Part shown: positions 1-11,201 of the stretch, piece by piece
Layout: each line of letters opens with the position of its first letter
Numbering within the stretch: position 1 is the first letter of the stretch
Source: Lama guanicoe
Lineage: Eukaryota
DNA: 64,000 nt
NCBI GenBank assembly: GCA_013239625.1
Contig: MU053482.1
Coordinates: 4,973,775 to 5,037,774, forward strand
Direction of reading: 5' to 3'
Translations under genes and position numbers: made by a program
The notes under the pieces: model-generated
The model's database searches: none
What the model saw: the letters and a program-made list of their open reading frames with translations, nothing else
What the model was told of the DNA's origin: nothing

Positions 1-106
1 TAATAAGGAAGAAAGAATGCAGTCGCTATAGTCAATGGGCTTATCAGCCAATATCTCTACACAGATCTCCAGTATTTACAAAGTTGGAACATTTTCTCAC
101 CCCCAG

Positions 107-180
107 GGCCCAAGAACTAGAACTAGAAGATCATCAAAGCAGACTGGAGCAGAAATTAAGAGAGAAAATGCTCAAGGAGG
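107..180 (+). CDS. MICAL2: Penultimate coding exon of MICAL2 (MICALCL / MICAL2-CL part), bMERB coiled-coil region
   Basis: Acceptor ttttctcacccccAG at 105-106; donor GTAAGT at 181. Translates AQELELEDHQSRLEQKLREKMLKE, recognised as MICALCL C-terminal sequence. The phase-1 end (G) joins AG of the next exon to give Glu. Confidence 0.92.
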
Positions 181-1616
181 GTAAGTATGGTGATACTTTC
201 GGGGCCCTTGTTAAAGGCTTTTTCCCTAGAAAGACACTTGGCCCGACCGCGCCGCACAGTGCAGAATGGAGCTCCTCCTGCCTTATACAACCAGCCTGGG
301 GGGCAGAAGGGGGCATAAAGCCAGCCTCCCTCTGCCCGCACTGGTGCCCAGCAAGTCCCTCTTAGCTTCGTTCACTTGGGCTGTGAGAACAGCATTTGCC
401 CCCTCCCACTTGCTGATAGGAACCAAGTCATTTATTCACACATTTGAATATTCACGGATCCATCCACTTTTTTGACAAACATTTGTTGAGACTCCAGAGT
501 GGGCTTGGCATGTGGAGAAGAGCATCCTTGCCCTGTGGCCTCACTGGGGAGACCAATACCCAGACCATTCATTATAGCACAGTGAGCTGAGGACCAGGAC
601 GTACATGCTTTGGGAATGCAGAGAAAGGCAGGCTTAGTTCTGCCAGGCCCTGGGGCTGGTAAAGGAACATCCTTCCCAGCACGGGGTGGGCCAGGGCATC
701 ACACAGGAGGAAATTATTTCCACCAGGAGGGAGGGAGAGTTGAAATAAACTTAATTAACACCATATACTGATCTATGCATTCACAGGCTCCAGCCAGTGA
801 GGCATAGTCACTCTGCTTTATGCCTGTGTATTTGTGGGGCCAGAGCCATGTGTGGCTTTCCTACATTTAGACTTTAGACGAACAAATTAAATCATTTCTG
901 TATACCTCATGGACTGAACATTGCACTGACTGTGGGGAGACCTGCTACAGGGCAAGCACTTAGTAAAAATGAGTTGTTACCATCGTGATCATGCTTATTC
1001 AGGCATTTTATCCCCATTTTACAGATTAGAAAACTGAGTGAGAACTTAAAAAACATGCTCTAGGTAAATGATGGGGCCAAGACTCCAGAACAGATCACTG
1101 TAGACTCAGGGTCTCCTGTCCTTTCTCACATAGCAGTGTCTGTAGAATGTTTCTTTACAATGATAGAATGCTATTTCTAACAAAAGCCTTATAGAACTGC
1201 TCTGTATGGAACAGATAAAAGTGGTGTACATCATCTTTTATTTGTCAGAAGGGGCTCAACTGGTCCCATTGTTGACAAATCAAAATTAAGAGGAATTTTT
1301 AATTTTTCTGTGTTGATAATCAAATAAGGGGTATTCATACTGAAGTGTGCCTAAATTAACAAACCATAGTATATAACTAATATCTGATTTATACATCTCA
1401 AAAAAAGTTTTAATGTGCTCTGTTTCAGGCTGGTAAAATAAAAAAACCACCAAAAACTTCATTAGCCAGTTTTGAACCCTTTATTTTTTTAATTCTTACT
1501 AAGAAGTGATGTTCATACATTTTCTAACTCTTCTGAGCAGATACCAAAGAATGTAGCTCCTTCATTTTGCCTTCTCATCTTGCATGAAACCTTCATCACA
1601 TTAGTTTTCAAGAAGA

Positions 1617-1656
1617 AAAGAAAGGAAGGGAGGGAGGGAGGAAGGAAGGAAGGGGA
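1617..1656. repeat. Purine-rich (GGAA/GGGA) simple repeat
   Basis: aaagaaaggaagggagggagggaggaaggaaggaagggga. Confidence 0.8.
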
Positions 1657-3042
1657 ACTTAGTCTGGTAAACTTAGTCTGATGCAATAATTTAAACAGGC
1701 CCTGTAGGAAATGCTTAGTCTCTTTGGGATGAAAATGTTCAGTCTTGCAGATTGCCGCCCCTTCCATCTGCTTGATCCTTAAGGTGACCACCAGGTAATG
1801 GCGAGAGGGAGGTCTGCATGACTTTGCAGCATTAAAAATCTGTTTGGTTGCTCTGACTCACTGACCCCACAAAGCTGTCTCCTGTCAGTGGGCTACCACG
1901 CTCTCTGCTGGCATTTGCAGCTAAGGTTTGTGGCTGGCATAGCCACAGCCTGGTCATTCTCTCAGAGTGCTTAGAGCCTCACTTCCAGCCTCACTCAGCC
2001 TTGCCTTGGCACATCCTCCACTCCACTTGGCCAGACAGTCTCCCAGACCGGCTCTGCTGTGGAGCCACTTCACCCCTCATTGTGGGGAGCCCCATGGCAG
2101 GCTCACTAGCCAGCTATCTTTGCACGTCTGGGGCAAGTAAACACTTCTGGGCTCCATCTATGTGTGCCACACGGCAGATCAAGATCTGGGGAGCTACACG
2201 CAGACCCCTCTTCTCTGCCCAACCATGGAGTACTGCCTGGCCCATGTTTATACATAGGGTGCCCTTCCAGCTGGCCTCTTCCCAGAGTTCCAAGCAAGGG
2301 GTCTTCAGTGTTCCCACCAAATGATGTGACTTTTTCTGCCCTCCTTGGGGGCTTCCAAAGTCAGGACAGAGAGACTGGAGCCCAGGGCTCTCACTCTGCT
2401 TCTCCCGCCTCTCTCTCCTCCCTCCCATTAAACATGAGGTGCCAAGGGAATGGTGCCTGTTTATTTCCCTTGTATCATATGTACCTGCTTCCTGACCCCA
2501 TTCTCAGAACTCAGCCCGATGCACGAGACAGAGGCACCATCTCTGCTCCGGGATCCAGCTCACTGCTGAGTCCCCCTGCATTAAGTGTAAAGGGCTAATG
2601 GAATTTACAAAGTCCTCTCCCAAGGCAATAATCTGGTTGACAAGACTTAAAATCTGCCTTTGAAGTTTTATTTTGAGTGTCAGAAAATCATTACTACCAG
2701 TTTCTTACTCTTTTCCTTCTTTTTATAACAATCTTACCTCCTCGAGGCAATCAAATGTCTCGGGCTGTTAGGAAGAAGGCCACGTATTAAGAAGGCAGAA
2801 GGCAGAAGCAGGGTGCCTGTCTGGAAACATCCCCCAGTGGCCAAGCAGAGCCTCTCTTGATGGCCGCCTGGTCTCTATTCAAAGGGCTGCAACTCGTCAT
2901 TAACTACAAACGAAAAAAGGATTCTCATCATTGAAAGAGTATCCACTGATGCAGATGGTTTACTTAGCAATTTTTCTAACAGATTGCTTTGCTGTAGCTC
3001 AGACATGTTTAGGGAAAGCCACCTTTGTGTTGTTTTGTTGCC

Positions 3043-3085
3043 TTTTTTTTTTTTTTTTGCAGGGCGGGGGGGGGGGGGGGGGGGG
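3043..3085. repeat. T16 and G20 homopolymers separated by GCAGGGC
   Basis: T at 3043-3058 and G at 3066-3085, read directly. Confidence 0.9.
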
Positions 3086-3430
3086 CTCAGGAAGGCCCGG
3101 CATTTCTGCAGGGCTGGGGGTGGGGGCTGGAGGGCTCAGTAAGGCTCGCCTGGTATTAACTTCTTCTCACAAAGGGGTTTTCCCTTGTCGCTTTATATAG
3201 AGTCTCAAGATGAAAACTGAGCTGACAGCAGCACAAAGGACCCACCTTTCTAATCTGGGGCTTGGAGGGCTGTTCTCTGGTGTTAAATTCATTTCCTTGT
3301 TTTCTCCATGGAAATTAAAGGGCGGAACAAGTCCAGAACAATCAAGAATGCCCATGCCAAAAGCTCTCCCGGGGCCGAATCTTACCTGAAGTCCAATGTT
3401 TTTCTTTCTTTCTTTCTTTTTCTTCTTTAG

Positions 3431-3615
3431 AGAGCCAGAAAGATGAGAATGATCTCAACGAGGAGCAACAAATCCTCACCGAGATGATGCAAGTGATTGA
3501 GCAAAGGGACAAACTGGTGGATTCCTTAGAGGAGCAACGCATAAAAGAAAAGGCTGAAGACCAGCACTTTGAAAGTTTCGTACTCTCTAGGGGCTGTCAG
3601 CTGAGCAGGACGTGA
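3431..3615 (+). CDS. MICAL2: Terminal coding exon of MICAL2/MICALCL
   Basis: (E)SQKDENDLNEEQQILTEMMQVIEQRDKLVDSLEEQRIKEKAEDQHFESFVLSRGCQLSRT with TGA at 3613-3615. Matches my recollection of the MICALCL C-terminus and the bMERB ..VxQRDxLVxxLEEQR.. motif. Location upstream of PARVA fits known synteny. Confidence 0.93.
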
Positions 3616-6600
3616 GCAGGCCCACGGGCTTTCTCGCTCGGAGCAGGCCAAGGACCAGATCAGGCAAAGCACCCCACACTCACTCCCACTTCCTTGCACT
3701 GGAGGTGTCAGACCTGAAACTTTAGTTATACCGCACTGCAATATATATGTTTTAATTTAAGATTCTCTCTGAGGTACTGCAGCTGCCCAAGATCCTCCCA
3801 GAGATTATAATGAAGAAAATACAAAGATTCTTTTGAAATTGGCAATCATCGTCAGCTGGTCTCTGAGAATGGAGGTGACCTTGGCCGATGACCAGCATTG
3901 TTTTCTCGAGAAACTGATATAGGGACTGACTTTCCTGCTGCTTTCATCATTTATCGTCCCAATTCATTGAGTTACACATCTCAAGATTTTTAAGAAACTG
4001 CCTTTTCATTAATATACCCGTATTTGCCTTTTTTGCATGGATGACTGGTTTCCAAATGTCAGAAAGAAGCAGCCGCAGTTTAAAGATTAGGTTAATATTT
4101 AAATTGTGTTTCCAGAGAAAGAGGAGAAACCTTGAGATTACTGATTACAGAAAGCAAATAACTCCTATAGCAGGTGTTAATTCAATCCAGGGTGAATTTA
4201 ATTTACCAGGTGCATTTATAAGCCTTAATGTAATATACATAAGCAATGAAGAGTTTCATAGAACATTTGAGCCTTCTTTTAAAAAAAGAAAGAAAAAAGG
4301 AAAGAAAAGTTTGACTTCATACCAGCAGGATTGTTAGTTTTCACCAAATGCTGTTGGCTTAGAAAAGCTATTTATTCTCAGAGCACTTTCCTTATGCCCC
4401 TGGAACAGTGAAAAATGGTTTTAGAAAATGAATAATTTTGAAGCACTTTTTTTATAACTGTTGGTAATGGCAGAAAGGAAAACTCAGTTGTTGATAAAAT
4501 GTTGGTGAAGTTGGTGCTGCTACTAAAAACGACCATTTTTGTGATCCGGGGTGAGGGCTGCTTGGGGGTCCAGACAGAGAAATGTCTCTGCTACTCTCCC
4601 CAGCATTTGCCCGAGAACTCCACGGGGCAGGACAAAACCACCCTGACTTCAAGGTGCAGCTGCATGCAGGGGCCCCATTTACCAAATCCCAAGTTGGTAG
4701 TGGATTTTTTTGTTTGTTTGTTTAAATGACATTTTCAACGTGAAAAGAAAGCTGGGAGACAGAGTTTGTGCACTGGCACGGGATTCCTGCACATTTTGAG
4801 AGTTCACATGGGCACCAAAGGAAAGACCTGCAATAGGGATTTGTCGCCATAAGTATTTGATGGTCTTCCCTCAGTGGGATTCTTTGAGGATTCAGTCTGT
4901 CGCTGACAAGAGACAGTTGTTGTATGTTTGGCCTCTCTCGTTTCTGCAAGTGTTTAAATGTGTCATTGGACAAATGGTGCTTTGCAACCGTTGGCTCTGA
5001 CTGGAGACCAAACTTTCCTCAGTATAAGTTGACCTATAAACCACTTCCATCTGAGATGCTGTCTGCGCACACTGGTCGACTGACAAGCCGGAAATTAGGA
5101 GTGTGACGGGATTTCCCGAGTCAGCAAGGTTTCGGGTTGTATTAGAGCGCAACCTTTCCATGATATACCAACTTCCAAAGGTTGCAGTTCTTTTTCTTTC
5201 TCCTTTCCTTCCCTTTTCTTTTCCTTTTTTCTTTTATTACTCAGGTCTTCTAGTGCCTGAATTCTATTATTAGGAAATATATATAAGCATCTCTCTCTCC
5301 CTCTCGGTCTCTGGAAACTGTGCCACTTAAGGCTATTTATCCATTTTTATTTATTTGTGTATTTGGTGGAAATGATTTCCTCATCCTCTGGTTTTCCTTG
5401 TTATACTCTGGAGTAGATCTATTAGCATTAAGCTATTGGTATATAAGCTATTTTATATAGAGATAACCCAGAGGTTTGGGGGCAATGAGTTGTACAGTAT
5501 TAGAGATTCATGGAGGTAGTTAAAATAACATTTTCTGCCATCAGGCGTTCAGAGGTAAGACTATAGATGTGCAGGAATGTTAACTCATTTTAAGAAACAG
5601 ATACATCCCTTCAGTTTTCATTCTATCATGTGTAGAAATATCCAAGTGCAGTCTCTTCTGTCGGTTATATAAAAGTGCACTATTTGATGCTCGCATACAT
5701 TTAGCAGGTGATGCTCAGAATGTGTAGTGTCTCGGTTGTTTTTGTGCAAAAGAATTAATTGCCACTTATTTTAATTTGTTCTGTTTCAGTCTAAAAGAAA
5801 GATTCTCCCAAAAGGGCCAAGAAAGAGGGTGGTTCTTGGGCCCAGCATTCTATTAATAGATGAGAGAAACAATTTGTTCACTTTCTCTTCCCAAGGTTAT
5901 GTTCTGTGGTTTAAGGCTGAGTCTTAATCTGACCAAGCTAAAACATAAACCTCACATTTACCAGCCTTCTACTCCCACCGGTTTTCAGTTTTCCCAGGAC
6001 CTAAACACCATTTCAATGATCATCTCCAAAGGGACACATATATGTTGGCTGTTGAATTTACTCTAAATGATTCCATTTATTCACAACAGAGAATGTTCAA
6101 AACCCTCAAAATGTAAAATACTGTACCATTTGGAGACAGTTTCTTTGAATGCAATATGAGTACAATTATGATGAAAACAGAGGGGGAGCCTTCTTTTTCC
6201 CATAAAATAACACTTGTGATCCAGGCTAAACCATCAGGACTGAACGAGACAGAGAGCCCCAGTCCCAGGTCGTATTTCATAGTTGGTCTCATACAGCTTC
6301 TAAGTTAAATCACAGGGCTCATGATAGCTATAAGTTCAGAATTTTATGTAGGGTAGACCAAGAGGACAGTTTTTAAGCTTGCCAAACCATCCACTTACTA
6401 ATTTGTTTAATAAAGATTCTCCAAGTACCAGTGGGAGTCTGTAGCCCTTTGCTAGGTGCAGGGATGCAGAAAGAATATTATTCTTCCACTCCACCCACAA
6501 ATAAATACAAAGGCAAACAAGTACAAGTCCCAAATAAATACAAAGATAAAGAACAATTGTTATTATAAGCCTCAACCTATTCTGCTCACGTTTATCTCAA

Positions 6601-6675
6601 GCACAAAGACTCACATCCCCAACTATTTGTAGTGCTTCTTTGGCAATAAAAACATGTCAGTTTGTGTGTCTAAAA
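3616..6675 (+). other. MICAL2: Probable 3' UTR of MICAL2/MICALCL (end uncertain)
   Basis: Repeat-poor sequence after the stop codon. The first canonical AATAAA hexamers I found are at 6409, 6500, 6533 and 6645. Confidence 0.5.
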
Positions 6676-6680
6676 CTGTG
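6645..6680 (+). terminator. Candidate polyadenylation signal with downstream GT-rich element
   Basis: AATAAA at 6645-6650 followed by ..catgtcagtttgtgtgtc. Confidence 0.5.
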
Positions 6681-9600
6681 AAAAATAATATCAGGTTATA
6701 CTGTTTCATTTAAACCTTGACTTTGGCAGTGTTAGGCTACTTGGAATCAATCAATGCTGAGATGTAGCATGTTAATTGCAACCGAGAAAGGAAGTGGCAG
6801 GTGTTTCCAGCTCTGATGAGCTGCGGTGAAATTGATGTTTTCTGCGTTCTGGAGGCAGATGACAATTCAGCAGTGTCTGTCTTCCCAGGAAGCAGATTTA
6901 CAGGCTTTTCCTTCCAAACTGAAAATGGCAGCATGTCCCACCCAGGTGGTTGATCAGAGAACTACCTCAGCAGGGCAGAGGTGGCAGGAGGCAGCTGGGG
7001 CTGCCACACGCACAGGGAGAGGGGCAGACATGGGATGTAGTGAGCGCGAACAGAGGAGTTTATTGTAATGAGAAGGTTCACGTATGGCGGGGCGCGTGTC
7101 CTATTTCACCTACGGTTTCTCTTCTAACCTCACTGCTGAGTGGCTTTTGAAAGATTAATTTGCCCCGACAATTGGTAACTATTCGTGTGGATCGAAATGT
7201 GTTACATGTGCACTGCTATAAATACGGAAATGATCAAAAAATAAATGGGTTTCTGTCAAAAGAATCCGAACATGTGGGCTTGGTCTGGCACCTCTGAGGG
7301 CAGCGTCCATTTCATTTCTTTATTCTAGTGAAAGGACCCGAGCAAAGCTTTAATTTTATGTAGGAGTCAGTGAATTATCTTGCTATGCTTTTTTCCCACA
7401 GGGGTACCTGGAAAGCCTTACCTGGATGTGAGTGGGAGGAGGCTTGAAGAGGGCTCGCCTCAGGTGTATTCTCTCAACAAAGACAGCTATTCTTAGAGCT
7501 GGGGAGGAGTTGTACCTGGTGTGGCCTGGTTTTGTATTTCACTCATGCAGCAGGAATACTCCCTTCTGCACAGAGCCAGCCCCTTCCTTCAACTCACACT
7601 CTTCAGGACTAAGGTTTTCGGTTTGTTTGTTTCTGTTCTTAATCGCAGTGCGTGCAAATTCATGACGTGTCAGCACATAATTCACCAGAATTGCCATGTC
7701 AGGTGAATTACACGTCTGGTCCCCATCATTTCACACTAAGTTCCCCATGGTTCGAAAGCTTTTGTCTACTGATGGAATATTTGAAATAATTCATTTTTTG
7801 CCATTGACAGAAAGTAAACAAAACAGCAGGTGAGAGGTGCTGTTTCGCAAGCGCTAACATGCCGAGGGGAAGGCCAGCCACCTTGATGGCAGTCTACAAG
7901 TTTCCTTGCGCCCATGCTGGGGCTCACCTGCCCCCCTCCTGCCCACAGAGCCACAGGCTCTCAGCCTCAAGCTGACCCGTTAGCTGCCACTCACCATCTC
8001 TCAGTCCTCAGGGTTTGGTAATTTCAGGCGCACTCCCTCTCCCAGCTCATGTCTAGAAATTAAAAAAGCAAGATCAATGCTGTCACAGCTCCCCAGAGGA
8101 GCCCTCAGACCCCGATAATGCTAGTGGATCCTGTGAATTCAGCTCGCCTCACCTGCCAGGTGCTGCAATATGCTCTGTAGGTGCATTATTTCATTTCATC
8201 TTGAAAGCAAAATCCTTAAGATAAACATTGCCCTATTTTGAGATGGTAAGACGGAGACACAGAGGCTCAGGCGCTCAGCTGGTAGTCCAGGGACAAAGTA
8301 GGGAGACTGGCACTGGTCCCAGGCGTCGCCCCTGACCACCAGGCTGTGTGGCCTTGCTCTGTGTCCCCCCCCAGACGTGTGCCTTGTGTGTACCTGTCCC
8401 TTCCCTTCCTTCCCTACATTCGTTCTCATTGTGGCCGAGCCCTGCTCAGGGAAAATCTCGCGATAGAAGCTAAAGCTGCCACTTTGGAGTGATTTGTTTC
8501 CTTCTCTACTGCATCTATACATCCTTGAACACAAAACAATCATTTACAGGGTTAAATTCCCTAACCTCCACCACCCCTCACAAAAGTCTATCAATAACCA
8601 TGATACTCTAGGAACATGTGTCTTGTTTCTCCTGGGTGACCAAGTCCTACAATGCACTGCCATGGATCCCCCTCTTGGGGGGCTTTTTTGCCCTAAATTG
8701 AGAAGCATGGCACTGTATAATCAAACCCTCAGTCCCAAGGAGAGGGAGCCAAGAGCACAGGGCCAACTAGATGGGAGAGGAAGGACCGAGGGAGAGTGTT
8801 GGGCACCAGCTGAGAGTGAGGTGGTTTTGCAGGTCCTTAGGGAGCATGGGGGCAGAGGAGCGGGGAGGGTGAGGAGCAAGACCTTGTCACCGGGAAATGG
8901 CACTCGTGGGCCTGTGTGACACTGAAACAAATAACCTGATAGTGGGCCAGCAGCTCCCCATACATGGGTGGCACATGAATTCAGTTCCCTGCCCATCCCC
9001 AGAATAACAGAAAATGGTTCCATAAGTATTGAGGGGAAATGTGTGTGTGGTGTGGTTGTCCCCAAACCATAAGTGTGTGATTTGAAAGCAAATCAATAGC
9101 TCAAGAAAAAAATCAAGTATAATTATTCTAAACATAGTAAGCTGAGCAAGAGTCACTGATTCAGGGCTCTAATTCCAGCCCTGCCACTGCTCACTGGATG
9201 ATACTGAATAAATTATGCCTCAGTGTCTTCACCTGTGAAGTGGGGCTGACCCTCTCTCCCTCCCTTCCCCCTCCCCTCCTCCCTACCTTGCAGGTTCCTT
9301 ACAAGAGTGAGTCTACCTGACATAGGCTCCAGTTTAAACAAGGAAAGGGCTAGCATAGAACTTGGTCATTGGAATGGCCATGGTGACTCTCCAACCGGTG
9401 GAATCCCAACAGCAGAAACAGAAAATGACACCTCAAATCTCAGCAAAATGGGTAAGAACAGGCCTTTGTTTTACATAAGGAGATACAAGCAGTAAATGAG
9501 GCCAAGAAATGTACCTCTCAGAGCATTGCCGTCTCCCTTTTGGGACTCTCTCTGAACTGGCCTCTGCTGACCAAATGCCCGGCCTCTCGCACACCTCTTT

Positions 9601-10736
9601 GGCCAGCAGTTCTTCTGGTACACCCTAAAGACGCCGGCTGGCCCTGGAGACTTGGTTGCATCTCGTTGTTAGGTGGAATACTTCTAAACTTCCTCCCTAA
9701 TAGGAAACATTTAAGTGTGAAGAGGCTTAATATCTTCCCCAGCAAAGATGGAAGCAGAAACCCTTGTTCCCCGAGCCAAGTCTGGAAGTGGGCGTGGGGA
9801 GGGAGGTGGATTACAACTGTGACAAAGACATCCTTGCTCCCCTGACTACACTGGCCTGGAAGTGGGTAGGGGAGACCTTGGGAGTGATCTCGGGGGCCTG
9901 GGACACGGACCACATACCAACAGAATCCCTGGAACTCTAGGTATTCTTGCCTGGCGGGGTCTGAAGTGGCCGACAGCTGTCTCTTTCTTTCCTTCAAAGC
10001 TTTGCCCCTGTTGCTGGTCCTCTGGAGGGTTCTCCGTTCCTCTGCTAGATGCCTCACATAGGAGCCACTGATTTTAGAGCTTCACCTCTCCATGTAGTTG
10101 ACGCTCAGCGATCATATTCAGTTGAGGAAATCCCCCTGCTGGTGTTTACAGTTCGTTACTAGAGTCTTGAAGGGTAGGTGAGCAGGTTGGCTGTCTCTAA
10201 GATCTTGAGACCTGCCCCCTAGGGCTGGATCAGAGGCCATTTGAATAACATTGTCCTTTGGATCCTCAAAAACATCCCCACCCTCTGTCCATGGTGTCAC
10301 AAACCAAGGCTGAGGTTTGCCAACTTCTTCCTGCCTGATGCCTTCCCTGCTCACCTAAAACAGCCCTTGCCCACCCCTGTCCTCAGGGCTGCCTTATTTC
10401 AGCAAGTAGGACCCCTAATCAGGACCTGCTCACTGACAGCCTGGCCTTCGAAGGCCACTGCTAATATCCCAGAGTTCTCCCGAGGGCGATGTGCAATGAG
10501 AATTCTCACTAAAGACTCACAGTCCAGAGCCAATTCATTTCACACACTCTTTTCGTCATGAGAGCACACCTTGCTATCAGTGATTAAAGAGTTCTCCAAG
10601 AGGCTCTGTCTAGCTTCTCTCCACATCCCCTAACCCTGCTGTTTTAATGTGGCCAGACAACCTCCAATTATTGACTGGGATCCAGACCTTTCCTAAGACG
10701 GTCTTTATGATCTACAGGGAACTCCTGTTTTGTCAG

Positions 10737-11201
10737 TATATTGGTTTCAAAGGGCTGCCGTAAGAAAGTACCACAAACTGGGCGGCTTAAAACAACAAAA
10801 ATTCATCCTCTCACAGTTCTGGAGGCTAGAAGTCCAAAATAAAGGTGTCTTCCAGGCAGTGCTTCCTCTCAAGCCCCTAGGGGAGGGTATTTGCTCGCCT
10901 CTTCCTGCTTCTGGTGGCCCAGGCGTTCCTTGGCTGTGGCAGCACAGCTCCGGTGGGCATCTTCCAGCGGTGTGTCTTCACGTCATCTTCCCTCTGTGCG
11001 TGTCTGGGGCTACACTTCTCCCTTCTCCTAAGGACCCTGGCCTTACCGGTATGATGTGCCTTTCCAGTACGACCTAACATGCGATTTTAACATAACTAAT
11101 TACATCTGCAATGACTCTCTTTCCAAATAACATCACACTAAGGTTCTAGGGGTAGGACTTCAACACAGCTTTTTTTAGGGGACACGATTCAACCCATAAC
11201 A
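10737..11201 (-). mobile_element. MaLR solo LTR (MLT1B/C-like)
   Basis: agggctgccgtaagaaagtaccacaaactgggcggcttaaaacaac...ctcacagttctggaggctagaagtcc...ggggacacgattcaacccataaca, the typical MLT1 reverse complement. Confidence 0.85.

Larger units (their letters stand above)
181..3430 (+). other. MICAL2: Last intron of MICAL2/MICALCL (GT-AG)
   Basis: GTAAGT at 181; long pyrimidine tract at about 3399-3428 ending in TAG at 3428-3430; reading frame is preserved across the junction. Confidence 0.9.

Noticed and set aside
2931..3200. ORF with poly-Phe and poly-Gly
   Set aside because: Artefact of the T16 and G20 homopolymers inside an intron.
3428..3434. Tandem acceptor TAG-AG-AG at the last MICAL2 exon
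   Set aside because: Alternative AGs are offset by 2 or 4 nt and would frameshift; not a NAGNAG.
9518..10057. 179-aa minus-strand ORF in the intergenic region
   Set aside because: Non-ATG start, no recognisable homology, no exon structure.
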